Shown here: piece by piece, positions 1 to 9,223 of the stretch
Layout of the letters: each line of letters opens with the position of its first letter
Position numbering within the stretch: position 1 is the first letter of the stretch
Assembly (NCBI GenBank): GCA_031550255.1
Contig: JAVBOS010000131.1
Coordinates: forward strand, 1-47,164
DNA: 47,164 nt
Reading direction: 5' to 3'
Origin: Anaeroplasmataceae bacterium
GTDB lineage: Bacteria > Bacillota_I > Bacilli_A > Acholeplasmatales > Anaeroplasmataceae
Position numbers and translations under genes: made by a program
The notes under the pieces: model-generated
Database searches by the model: none
Told to the model about the DNA's origin: nothing
Seen by the model: only the letters and a program-made list of their open reading frames with translations

Positions 1-215
1 ATAAATACTTTACCATTTTGGGCATAAACTGTAAAAATATATACACATAACAACATATATATTAAACTTAATATACGTCTTTTAATTGTAACTTTTCTTC
101 CATCTTTGGCATTATAAGAATAATTGCCAAGTGGAAATCCTACAAGTATTCCTAAGTGTAGAAAAAAGAAAAATATTAAAATTACTTGCATTAAAAATGT
201 ACTAAACCCTATCAT
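1..215 (-). CDS. hypothetical membrane protein, partial (3' end outside window)
   Basis: Absent from the ORF track because no stop lies in the window. The reverse strand has ATG at 215-213 preceded by GAGGT, reads MIGFSTFLMQVILIFFFFLHLGILVGF... and stays open to position 1. The sequence is hydrophobic. Confidence 0.4.
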   Translation of the reverse strand, partial: MIGFSTFLMQVILIFFFFLHLGILVGFPLGNYSYNAKDGRKVTIKRRILSLIYMLLCVYIFTVYAQNGKVF

Positions 216-267
216 AATTTCTACCTCGAATACTTTAATTATTTCTATTATAACATATATTATATTT

Positions 268-305
268 TAAAAAAACAACTATCACATATTGTAATAGTTG
301 TTTTT
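268..305 (-). terminator. rho-independent terminator after rnfB (bidirectional in shape)
   Basis: Arms caactat (276-282) and atagttg (294-300) are flanked by an A-run and a T-run. The hairpin lies 12 nt past the rnfB stop. Confidence 0.7.
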
Positions 306-316
306 CATGTTTTCTA

Positions 317-634
317 TTATATTTTTACAGCTATTTTTGTTCCATCTTCATTCGGATGTTCCTCTAAATATTGTAAAATTTGATTAAAATTCTTATCTGG
401 TTTTCCAGGTTTACATTGTGATAATCTTTCCACTTTTCCATTAACAATAGCTTCAGCAAATCCATTACATCCGGGAAAACCACATCCACCACAATTTGCT
501 TTTGGTAACATTTCTGATATATCTTGAATTCTTGTATCACTTTTTACATATAATTTTTTAGCAGCAACAGCTAGTCCAAAACCAAATACTAAACCCATAG
601 TAGCTAAAATTACAACTGACCATAAAATATCCAT
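317..634 (-). CDS. rnfB: Rnf complex subunit B-like protein, minimal form (TM helix plus one Fe-S motif, no ferredoxin domains)
   Basis: N-terminal TM helix followed by LPKANCGGCGFPGCNGFAEAIV...C, i.e. CX2CX4CX17C, typical of the RnfB N-terminal Fe-S domain. It is the last gene of the rnf operon. Only 105 aa. Confidence 0.8.
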   Translation of the reverse strand: MDILWSVVILATMGLVFGFGLAVAAKKLYVKSDTRIQDISEMLPKANCGGCGFPGCNGFAEAIVNGKVERLSQCKPGKPDKNFNQILQYLEEHPNEDGTKIAVKI

Positions 635-636
635 TT

Positions 637-855
637 TTATTTTTCCTCCGTTACTTCCTCATAAAAACGACAAGACTTATTATTACATCCATGACACTTT
701 TCCACTTCTCTTAATACATCTTCGCATCCTTTTGGAATAGGAGTTCTTTCATTAAAAATATATGAGATAAAGAAAATTCCTATTAACACTAAAATAATTA
801 TAATTGCAATAATAAGAGGTGAGGTATCAGGTCCTTTTTGAACTGTCAAAAGCAT
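637..855 (-). CDS. small Cys-rich single-pass membrane protein inside the rnf operon (unknown function)
   Basis: 72 aa. One TM helix (LIIAIIIILVLIGIFFISYIF), then CX9CX2CX4C. Its ATG overlaps the rnfA stop (TAATG at 855), and it ends 2 nt before the rnfB start. Confidence 0.6.
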   Translation of the reverse strand: MLLTVQKGPDTSPLIIAIIIILVLIGIFFISYIFNERTPIPKGCEDVLREVEKCHGCNNKSCRFYEEVTEEK

Positions 856-1430
856 TAAATTAAACCTTTTATTCCAATTATAGCTAAACTCATTAAGGCA
901 GCCGTAATTAATGCAATTGGAATACCTTTAAATGCTTTTGGTGTATTTCCTGAATCAAGTCTTGATCTTATACAAGAGAATGTGAAGATAATAAGCGCAA
1001 ATCCTACTGATGTACCTACTGCATTAGCCATAGATTCTAAAAAATTTAATCCTACATCCGTATTTCCTTGTGCAACACCTAGTACTGCACAGTTTGTTGT
1101 TATTAACGGTAAATATACTCCTAAAGATTTATATAAAGCAGGTGAATATTTTTTAATAACCATTTCTACTAATTGAACTAATGAAGCAATGACTAAAATA
1201 TATACAATTGTATCCATATAAGCAATTCCCGCTTTTAATAATACAAAATGATATATTGGCCAGCATACTGCTGAAGCAATTACTATAACAAATATAACTG
1301 CTAATCCCATTCCTAATGCTGATTCACTTTTTTTAGATACCCCTAAAAAAGGACAAATACCATAGAAACGACTTAATAGTACGTTATCTATTAACATGGC
1401 ATTTAATACAGCTAATATAAATACTAACAT
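855..1430 (-). CDS. rnfA: Rnf electron transport complex subunit A
   Basis: 191-aa polytopic membrane protein with RnfA/NqrE-like sequence (LGICPFLGVS, LPLITTNCAVLG). Operon position fits. Confidence 0.93.
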   Translation of the reverse strand: MLVFILAVLNAMLIDNVLLSRFYGICPFLGVSKKSESALGMGLAVIFVIVIASAVCWPIYHFVLLKAGIAYMDTIVYILVIASLVQLVEMVIKKYSPALYKSLGVYLPLITTNCAVLGVAQGNTDVGLNFLESMANAVGTSVGFALIIFTFSCIRSRLDSGNTPKAFKGIPIALITAALMSLAIIGIKGLI

Positions 1431-2134
1431 TATGCTGTTACCCCCTTATTTTGAGTTTTTGAAGTTTCTAAAACTTTTTTATTTTCCAAAGCTATTCTTT
1501 CTTTTTTAACATTACCTCTCCATGCAATAAATGCTAAGCAAATACCTAAAACTAAGAATCCACCTGGAGGTTGTGTAAAGATACTAATCGACAAATTACT
1601 TAATGGCTTAAAACTAAACTCTGGTAATGGTAAGTATTTACCAAATGTAATTCCACCAGTACCGATTACTTCTCTAAATAATGCAATTAACATTATTGAA
1701 ACAGTAAATCCAATTCCCATTCCTAATGCATCAATTAACGAATCAAATACATTATTTTTTGCTGCATAAGCCTCAGCTCTTCCCAGAATAATACAGTTTA
1801 CAACAATAAGTGAAATGAACACGCCTAATGAATTAAATAATTCTGGGACAAAGGCCGCACATAACATTTTAATAACTGTAACTATTGTTGCAATTATTAC
1901 TATATATGCCGGTATTTTTACTTCACTTGGAATTAATTTTCTTAATGCTGAAACTGCCATATTAGATAATGCTAATACTAGGATTACTAATATTCCCATT
2001 CCTAAAGCAGATTCTACCGAAGTTGTTGTAGCAAGTGTAGGACACATTCCTAGTAATGAAACAAATGTAGGATTTTCTGTAATAATACCTTTTAAGAAAT
2101 TACTCTTAATTGGCTCTCTTTGAGTTTTTCCCAT
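1430..2134 (-). CDS. rnfE: Rnf electron transport complex subunit E
   Basis: 234 aa with RnfE/NqrD-like motifs (NPTFVSLLGMCPTLATT, LIVVNCIILGRAEA). Start overlaps the rnfG stop by 1 nt. Confidence 0.93.
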   Translation of the reverse strand: MGKTQREPIKSNFLKGIITENPTFVSLLGMCPTLATTTSVESALGMGILVILVLALSNMAVSALRKLIPSEVKIPAYIVIIATIVTVIKMLCAAFVPELFNSLGVFISLIVVNCIILGRAEAYAAKNNVFDSLIDALGMGIGFTVSIMLIALFREVIGTGGITFGKYLPLPEFSFKPLSNLSISIFTQPPGGFLVLGICLAFIAWRGNVKKERIALENKKVLETSKTQNKGVTA

Positions 2135-2661
2135 TATTTTGTTCCTCCATTATAATCCGCAAATGCAATTGATACTAATTCCTTTACAGTTTTAGCACCA
2201 TATGTTGCTCCACATTTTGTATCAATTCCTTCAATATTATCTAATGTAAGTCCATTAACGTATTTGTTGTCAACATGATTACTTACTTCATTTCCAAATG
2301 ATTGTCCATTTTCTAGAAATTCAACACTTACTAACTTACCATCATTTGATATTCCTACTAATAAACTAATTGGACCGTATGCGTTTCTTCCAGATACAAT
2401 ATAGATAACACCTAAAGGAGCCTTATTTGAATCTATAGCAACTACTTTTTTAGAAATTGCATCATTATTAAATCCTGATAGAGTAGTTTGTGAATTATTT
2501 GAATCATAAATACTAAATATGTTTTTGCATAATTTTATTTCTTTTTCTTGTGTATTTTTTTCTATTATAGGAGATGTAACTTTATTAATTCCGCTTATTG
2601 CAAGACCACTCATAGCTGCAATAATCATTAATATAATTCCTGTTAATATGTTCTTTTTCAT
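2134..2661 (-). CDS. rnfG: Rnf electron transport complex subunit G (FMN-binding)
   Basis: N-terminal TM helix plus an FMN_bind-type domain (DTKCGATYGAKTV). Start moved to MKKN at 2661, which follows an AGGGGG SD; the track ORF extends to 2688. Confidence 0.88.
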   Translation of the reverse strand: MKKNILTGIILMIIAAMSGLAISGINKVTSPIIEKNTQEKEIKLCKNIFSIYDSNNSQTTLSGFNNDAISKKVVAIDSNKAPLGVIYIVSGRNAYGPISLLVGISNDGKLVSVEFLENGQSFGNEVSNHVDNKYVNGLTLDNIEGIDTKCGATYGAKTVKELVSIAFADYNGGTK

Positions 2662-2671
2662 ACTATTCCCC

Positions 2672-3748
2672 CTATACCGCAAAAACAATAATTAATGCTA
2701 AAATAGCTACACAAGCTATTAAGCCTATAAATTGTTTATAACTATATTTTGAAGAACTCCATTTATAATAATCAATTACAGGGACAAACATATTCATTAT
2801 GATAATTGCAAAGGCCACACCTTCTGGATATGCACCTAATAATCTAATATATGATGCAATTATTCCGACAGCTGTTCCAAAAACTATTCTACCAAATTTA
2901 GTAGTTGGGCTTGTAATTGGATCAGTGACCATAAATACAGCACCAAATAATAATCCACCAGCTAATACTTGATATAATGTGAATTTTATAACATCTTGAT
3001 TTGTAGCTAATGCTGCTACTATCATTATAATTGTAAATGAAATAATTGTTGAAAACATACTTCTAAAATCTGCACTTCTTCTAATAACTAGATAGATTCC
3101 AGCAATTATTATTAATAAAGCTGAAACTTCTCCCATTGAACCAGGTACATTTCCTAAAAATAAATCTATTAACGAATAATCTTTTAGTGATTCAGCTAAC
3201 GAGTTAACATTAGCACCTAGTTGAGCTAAAGGTGTTCCTCCCACGGCAACATCTACACCACCATTTGTATATATTAATTTAGATCCAAATGCAGTTCCAA
3301 CTACAATTCTTCCTATAGCTGCCGGATTAAAGATGTTACTTCCAAATCCACCAAATAGCATTTTCGCTATAACAATTCCAAAAAATGCACCAATAAATAC
3401 AACATATAAATTTGTTCCTGACGGTAATAATAATGCATAAATTACAGCACTTATTAGTGGTGCAGTTATATTATTTATTGTGTACAATTGTTTTACTTTA
3501 GCAAAACCTTCTTTTGTAAACAATTCTTTTTTCTTCATGTCTTTTGGCCACTTGATCATCATTATGGCTAAAAGCTCAAAAAATAACATAGTTACTATAG
3601 ACATTAAAATAACACTCAAGCCTTTAAAACCATTTTGAACAACAGCAAATACTGTTACTGGTAATAAAGCAATTAAAACGTCTACCATCATTCTTCTTAC
3701 ACTTACCTTCTTACGAATGTAAGGACTTGTCTCACGTATAAATTTCAT
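2672..3748 (-). CDS. rnfD: Rnf electron transport complex subunit D
   Basis: 358-aa polytopic protein of the RnfD/NqrB family (FNPAA, GGLLFGAVFMVTDPITSP flavin-attachment region). Confidence 0.93.
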   Translation of the reverse strand: MKFIRETSPYIRKKVSVRRMMVDVLIALLPVTVFAVVQNGFKGLSVILMSIVTMLFFELLAIMMIKWPKDMKKKELFTKEGFAKVKQLYTINNITAPLISAVIYALLLPSGTNLYVVFIGAFFGIVIAKMLFGGFGSNIFNPAAIGRIVVGTAFGSKLIYTNGGVDVAVGGTPLAQLGANVNSLAESLKDYSLIDLFLGNVPGSMGEVSALLIIIAGIYLVIRRSADFRSMFSTIISFTIIMIVAALATNQDVIKFTLYQVLAGGLLFGAVFMVTDPITSPTTKFGRIVFGTAVGIIASYIRLLGAYPEGVAFAIIIMNMFVPVIDYYKWSSSKYSYKQFIGLIACVAILALIIVFAV

Positions 3749-3750
3749 TT

Positions 3751-5049
3751 TTATTTACCTGCCAATTTCTTAGCTTGACGCATAAAATCTGTTAAATGAA
3801 TTTTAGAAGTACAAGTATACGTACATAAACCACACTCAATACAATGTTTAACATTTAAAGCCTTAATAGCATCAACATCTTTATTTTTTACTGCATTCAT
3901 AATTTTAACCGGTTCTATTTTTACAGGACATGAATAAGTACAAGAAGCACAGCGTACACAAGGCTCTTCAACTTCTTTATGATGATTTAAAACGATAACA
4001 CTAGTACATGTCTTTGTAATAACCGCATCATCTCTTACCTGACAAGCACCCATCATAGGTCCACCCATTATAAATACTTTATCAGAATCATCAACATATC
4101 CATCGCATAATTTAATTAATTCTTGAACTGATGTACCTATTCTAACACGAAAGTTTTGTGGAAAATTTATTCCATCTCCTGTTAAAGTAAAGTTTCTTTC
4201 TGTAACAGAATTATTATGTTTTATAGCTCTATACAATCCGACAATAGTTGAAACGTTAAATGTCATAATACCTAATTTTGATGGTAATACTCCCGATGGA
4301 ACATGTACCCCCATTGCTGATTTAATCATTTCAATTTCCCAACCTTGTGGATAATAGTTTCCTACCTTAACTATTTCAATATTTAATTTTTTATATCTTC
4401 CTTTTACTGCTGTTAAAACATCATATAAATCATGATGTTTTTTCTTAATAGCTATTATTGTTTTTTTCGCACCAAAGGCTTGCATCGCATAACCGATACC
4501 TTGCATAATATAGTCAGGCATTTCCATCATCAAACGATGGTCACTAGATAAGTACGGTTCACACTCTACACCATTAATGCAAATTGTATCGATTGGATCT
4601 TTTGTTTGAAACTTTATATATGTTGGAAACGAGCTTCCTCCAAGACCGACTAAGGCACATTCCTTAACAATTTGTGTAAAATCTTCTCTTGTTAATTTGG
4701 CAATTTCTTCATCAGTTCTTGTAAACATCGTCGGACACATTTCATCTAATTTATCATTTTTTACTTGAATAAAGTCAATTAGTTTTCCACTACGATGGAA
4801 TTTTTTAACAGTTCCCATTACTTCTCCACTTACTGTAGAGTGAATGTTTTGTTCAAAGAATCCACCTTTTCTTTTACCTACTACTTGTCCAACCTTTACT
4901 TTATCCCCTGGCTTTACATAAATCTCTGATTCATTAGCTCTTGCATTAGTAACTGCAATGTAAATATAATCGGGATCAGTATAGCGCATTGTTGGCAATG
5001 ATCTTGTTAAACCACGTAAATCATCAATTGCTTTTGTTCTTGCGATCAT
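3751..5049 (-). CDS. rnfC: Rnf electron transport complex subunit C (NADH/FMN, 2x[4Fe-4S])
   Basis: GLGGSSFPT nucleotide motif. C-terminal CVRCASCTYSCP and CIECGLCTYTC ferredoxin motifs. Start moved to MIARTK at 5049 after an AAAGGTGAG SD; the track ORF extends to 5091. Confidence 0.93.
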   Translation of the reverse strand: MIARTKAIDDLRGLTRSLPTMRYTDPDYIYIAVTNARANESEIYVKPGDKVKVGQVVGKRKGGFFEQNIHSTVSGEVMGTVKKFHRSGKLIDFIQVKNDKLDEMCPTMFTRTDEEIAKLTREDFTQIVKECALVGLGGSSFPTYIKFQTKDPIDTICINGVECEPYLSSDHRLMMEMPDYIMQGIGYAMQAFGAKKTIIAIKKKHHDLYDVLTAVKGRYKKLNIEIVKVGNYYPQGWEIEMIKSAMGVHVPSGVLPSKLGIMTFNVSTIVGLYRAIKHNNSVTERNFTLTGDGINFPQNFRVRIGTSVQELIKLCDGYVDDSDKVFIMGGPMMGACQVRDDAVITKTCTSVIVLNHHKEVEEPCVRCASCTYSCPVKIEPVKIMNAVKNKDVDAIKALNVKHCIECGLCTYTCTSKIHLTDFMRQAKKLAGK

Positions 5050-5101
5050 AATCTCACCTTTTTCAATAATATTTGATAATAGAAATATCAATAATATTTA
5101 T

Positions 5102-5110
5102 ATTATATCA
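5102..5110 (-). promoter_or_regulatory. candidate extended -10 element (TGATATAAT) for the rnf operon
   Basis: The reverse complement of 5102-5110 is TGATATAAT. It lies 53 nt upstream of the rnfC ATG and just downstream of the ABC gene terminator. Confidence 0.4.
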
Positions 5111-5160
5111 CTTAAAAATGTAAAATAAAAGATAATTAAAAAGCATTTACATTTTCGAAA

Positions 5161-5195
5161 CAAAAGAAAAATGACAAGATTTAGTAATCTTGTCA
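5161..5195 (-). terminator. rho-independent terminator after the ABC transporter gene
   Basis: 9-bp stem tgacaagat (5172-5180) / atcttgtca (5187-5195), followed on the minus strand by TTTTTCTTTT. Confidence 0.75.
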
Positions 5196-5205
5196 CTTAT
5201 AATTG

Positions 5206-8200
5206 TTATCTGTTTCTAATTGCTTCAACTGGTCGTTTTCTTGCAATACTTCTTACTGGGAAGAAACTTGAAATAAACGCAACTAAAATACTTACAGCAA
5301 GTATTAGCAATACTTGACGAATTGATGGATTTAAAATAGTAATAATTAATCCATAATCATTTCTTAACATAGTATTAATGAAAGATACTCCTACAAACAA
5401 TGTTATTGATGCAAGTACAAAATTAATCATCGCAATCATGAAACTTTCTGAGAAGAAAATTAAGAATACATCTCTACTTCTGGCTCCTACTGCTCTTAAA
5501 ATACCAATTTCACGTTTCTTATATGAAAGACTAATTGATATAAAATTAAATAATAATAATGCTGCAAATGTCGCAAATCCAATACCAACATATGTAAATA
5601 CTTGTGTCATATTTTCAATTAAATCATTAACTTGATCTAGCATATTTGATACTTCATTAACCATTGTATATTTAATGTCATTTGATTTGTCATAATGAAT
5701 ATTAATAAGTTGTTTCAATTTAGCTTGATCAGAAGGCATTGTTGTAATGGCTTTACTGAATATAGCTGGAACTTTATCAAACATTGCATAGTAATATTTA
5801 TCTGAAAATGCTACGTAATCTACACTATCAAATGTAAATCCAACTATCCTTCCTGTAAACTTTGTGGTAGATTTACCACCATTATATTGATCATATTTCT
5901 CGATATGAAAATTAAAATTTCCATTAATCGGTATATCTTTTCCATAAATATTCATTATGCTTTTTAAAATTCTATTAGCTTCATTAGAAATCAATTTCAC
6001 TAAAGAATCATCAGAGTACATTGCATTATTATAATAATTAAATAAAGCCATAATCTTTTCCGAATCTGTTAAAGTATTGAAGTTATCTGTACCATTCCCA
6101 TAATGATATAGTGTTAAATCAATACCTGATGCATTTAATTCATTAGCTTTTTCAAGTGTTGATAAAGTATAAATAGCATATTGTCTTGCGTTTTGAAGTA
6201 CATCACTAACATATAAAATACCAGGATTAAAAATACTATAGTTAGGTAGTATTTCATTAATTTGTTCTGCCGTTAATGTACAATTAAATGTAGACGATTG
6301 AACATATATATATTTAGAAATTGGAACTAAAATTTCTTCATCTGCTAAAGTAGTTTTATTACTGTCCAATAAATACACATTATCTTTAAAATTATTAATT
6401 AAATTATTTCCAGATGATACATTATCAAAACCTAATTCATATGATGAAGACCCATCTTTATATATAGATCTAAAATTTCCAGAAAAATCATTATAAATAT
6501 AATTAGATTTAGACTTTCCTTCAACTAAGCTATCATATTTATCTTTGCTAATAAGCATTAACCCATGGTATCCTGATTCAATTTCATTAAATAATTGATT
6601 TCCTAATAGCCATCCACCAATTCCATTAGAATTTTCTAACTCGGCATATTTCGTTAAATCAAGTTTAGTATCAATAACACCTGTAACTTTATAACTAATA
6701 TTATTAATCATTAAAGTTTTATTAATAATATCATTAGGATTATTAATAGTTGTTGATTTAGATCTCATATCTTTATAACCACATTTTTTAAATGTTTCAA
6801 ATATGTAATATGGTATTACTATTTCATCATCAGTTTGTGGTAATTTACCTGTTAATGACCAATTATTTTGTAAAATTTCTTCTTCCGTAATATAAACTCT
6901 TCCATAAAAACGCTCAGAATACATTGACGCACCATTCGTTGAACGAATTTTTGATGAATCATCCATATTTTGATTAAAACTTAAATATTCGTTTTTACTA
7001 TAAATTCCTTTAAAAGATAATCCTGTTTTATCATTTAATTCTTTTAGATCATCTTTTGTCATATTTCTACCTTGATAGTAAAAGTCACTTTCTCCATCAC
7101 CATAGATATATTTCTCATTTTTTACAAAAGCAGCATTTTGTATATTAGAATCTTTTAGCGATGAGTTTAAAGTATTATATTTATCATAAGATCCCATTGT
7201 ATCTGCAAGTCCAAACATGGCAAACGCAACAAATGATAATAATATTGTTATAAATAATCTAACTGGTTTAACTTTTAAACTAGATCCACCAATTTTAGCA
7301 GCATGTTTTAAAGATAATTTTGATTTAATAACTTTAAAAATGGACTGTTTTTCCTCTTTTATTTTACTTTGATTAGTATTAATGAATATTTCTTTATTAC
7401 CTTCATCATTAATCTTAGCAGCCTTTTTAACTTCTATATTTGTTTTTTCTTCGATAGAAATTAATTTTTCATCAGTATTTTTATTTAAAAATGTTAAAAT
7501 CATTTTTAAATCTTCTTGTGTTAATTTATATCCTTCCTTTATATGAATTAAAGAATTATCAATAACAGAAACACCGTCATTACCTTCAGAACTGGCAATA
7601 CTTTTTTCAGTATCACTTATTACTTTTCCATCAGCAAATTCAATAACTCTATCTCCATAGAATTCAGCAAACTCTCTATCATGTGATACTATAACAACCA
7701 ATTTTGTTTTTGATAGTTTTTGCAAAGTTTCAAAAACTTGAATTCCTGTTTTAGAATCAAGTGCTCCTGTTGGCTCATCGGCCATAATTATTTCTGGATT
7801 TTTTACTAGAGCTCTTGCGATAGCAACTCTTTGTTTTTGTCCACCAGATAGTTCATTTGGTTTCCTGTTTCCATATCCATCTAAATCTACTTCTTTTAAA
7901 ATAGCATTAATTTCTTCATTAGTTGGTTTTCTTCCTTGTAACTCAATTGCTAGGCCTATATTTGCACCTACACTAAATTCATCTAGGATATTATATTCTT
8001 GGAAAATAAATCCTAAATAAGTATTTCTATATGAGTCAAAATCTCCTTGTGAGAAATTCTTACTAGATTTACCTTTAATAATAATTTCTCCACTATCAGC
8101 TTTATCAAGTCCACCTAACACGTTTAGAAATGTAGACTTACCAGAACCTGATTTCCCCAAAACAAATATCATTCCTATATTAGGTAATAAAATATCAACA

Positions 8201-8271
8201 TTATCTAAAGCTTTTACTGGTACACCTTTTTTTGGATAATATGTTTTACATAATCCACGTACTTCTATCAT
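5206..8271 (-). CDS. fused ABC transporter ATP-binding/permease protein, MacB/FtsX type, with a very large extracytoplasmic domain
   Basis: N-terminal NBD with Walker A GKSGSGKST, signature LSGGQKQRVAIARAL and Walker B IIMADEPTGALD. A TM helix lies near aa 340-360, followed by about 500 aa of non-membrane sequence and a C-terminal 3-TM FtsX-like module. ATG at 8271 is preferred over GTG at 8280. Confidence 0.88.
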   Translation of the reverse strand: MIEVRGLCKTYYPKKGVPVKALDNVDILLPNIGMIFVLGKSGSGKSTFLNVLGGLDKADSGEIIIKGKSSKNFSQGDFDSYRNTYLGFIFQEYNILDEFSVGANIGLAIELQGRKPTNEEINAILKEVDLDGYGNRKPNELSGGQKQRVAIARALVKNPEIIMADEPTGALDSKTGIQVFETLQKLSKTKLVVIVSHDREFAEFYGDRVIEFADGKVISDTEKSIASSEGNDGVSVIDNSLIHIKEGYKLTQEDLKMILTFLNKNTDEKLISIEEKTNIEVKKAAKINDEGNKEIFINTNQSKIKEEKQSIFKVIKSKLSLKHAAKIGGSSLKVKPVRLFITILLSFVAFAMFGLADTMGSYDKYNTLNSSLKDSNIQNAAFVKNEKYIYGDGESDFYYQGRNMTKDDLKELNDKTGLSFKGIYSKNEYLSFNQNMDDSSKIRSTNGASMYSERFYGRVYITEEEILQNNWSLTGKLPQTDDEIVIPYYIFETFKKCGYKDMRSKSTTINNPNDIINKTLMINNISYKVTGVIDTKLDLTKYAELENSNGIGGWLLGNQLFNEIESGYHGLMLISKDKYDSLVEGKSKSNYIYNDFSGNFRSIYKDGSSSYELGFDNVSSGNNLINNFKDNVYLLDSNKTTLADEEILVPISKYIYVQSSTFNCTLTAEQINEILPNYSIFNPGILYVSDVLQNARQYAIYTLSTLEKANELNASGIDLTLYHYGNGTDNFNTLTDSEKIMALFNYYNNAMYSDDSLVKLISNEANRILKSIMNIYGKDIPINGNFNFHIEKYDQYNGGKSTTKFTGRIVGFTFDSVDYVAFSDKYYYAMFDKVPAIFSKAITTMPSDQAKLKQLINIHYDKSNDIKYTMVNEVSNMLDQVNDLIENMTQVFTYVGIGFATFAALLLFNFISISLSYKKREIGILRAVGARSRDVFLIFFSESFMIAMINFVLASITLFVGVSFINTMLRNDYGLIITILNPSIRQVLLILAVSILVAFISSFFPVRSIARKRPVEAIRNR

Positions 8272-8354
8272 AATATACACCCTTTTCTAATAATATTTTA
8301 TTTATTATATTATAGTATTTATATAATACTCTTCTTTTACCAAATTATTACTTA

Positions 8355-8387
8355 TAAAAAATATTTGCAGACATTACTGCCTACAAA
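8355..8387 (-). terminator. possible terminator after yebC
   Basis: 7-bp stem with one G-U pair (tttgcag 8364-8370 / ctacaaa 8381-8387), followed on the minus strand by TATTTTTT. Weak. Confidence 0.35.
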
Positions 8388-8401
8388 CATTTAATCTTTA
8401 T

Positions 8402-9127
8402 TTATTCTTCAATATCGTTAGCATTATGATAGATATCTTGAACATCATCGATTTCACGTAACATTGATAGCATTCTTGTAAATTTTTCTTTAGATTCATC
8501 ATCTAAATCAATATATTGAGCAGCAACCATATTATTTCCGTCTTCGTAGAATTCCAAATCTTCTTTTGCTGCAAGTAATGCTTCTTTAATCTTTTCATAA
8601 TATGAAGTATCCGCAGTTATAAATATAACTCCTTCTTCTTCATGAATATCTTCAACATCACAATCAGAAGCCATTAACACTTCTAAAACATCTTCTTCAT
8701 TTAAACCTTCGAAAATAAATTCAGCTTTTCTAGAAAACATATGAGAAACACTTCCAGAAACTCCCATTTTTCCACCAGTTTTGTTAAAACAAGTACGAAC
8801 ATCAGATACAGTTCTATTAACATTGTCTGTTAAGCATTCAACAATAATGCTAACATTTCCACTACCAAATCCTTCGTAAGTAACAGCTGACATTGATCCT
8901 GAGTTTACTCCTTCTGCTTTAGTTATTGCTCTTTTAATAACCTCTGCTGGTACTTGTTCTTTCTTTGCTCTATCTATAACTCTTTTTAGTGTGGCATTCA
9001 TATTTGGATCAGGTACTCCTGATTTTGCTGCTGCAAATATTTCTTTACCCCATTTTGCATATAAACTTGATTTTGCTGCGGCAGTCTTCGCCATTGAAGC
9101 TGCGCGTACTTGGAATGCTCTTCCCAT
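8402..9127 (-). CDS. yebC: YebC/PmpR (TACO1) family DNA-binding transcriptional regulator
   Basis: 241 aa. MGRAFQVRAASMAKTAAAKS... shows family-typical N-terminus and length. Confidence 0.92.
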   Translation of the reverse strand: MGRAFQVRAASMAKTAAAKSSLYAKWGKEIFAAAKSGVPDPNMNATLKRVIDRAKKEQVPAEVIKRAITKAEGVNSGSMSAVTYEGFGSGNVSIIVECLTDNVNRTVSDVRTCFNKTGGKMGVSGSVSHMFSRKAEFIFEGLNEEDVLEVLMASDCDVEDIHEEEGVIFITADTSYYEKIKEALLAAKEDLEFYEDGNNMVAAQYIDLDDESKEKFTRMLSMLREIDDVQDIYHNANDIEE

Positions 9128-9203
9128 TTTAATCGGTCCTTTCGTAAATAAGTTTGACTTGTATATTATACATAAATACTAGTACTTTTTCAATATTAAC
9201 AAT

Positions 9204-9223
9204 GAAAAAAGGCATTTCTGCCT
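9204..9223 (-). terminator. short terminator hairpin overlapping the stop of the 150-aa membrane protein gene
   Basis: aggca-tttc-tgcct (9210-9223), followed on the minus strand by TTTTTT. Confidence 0.45.
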
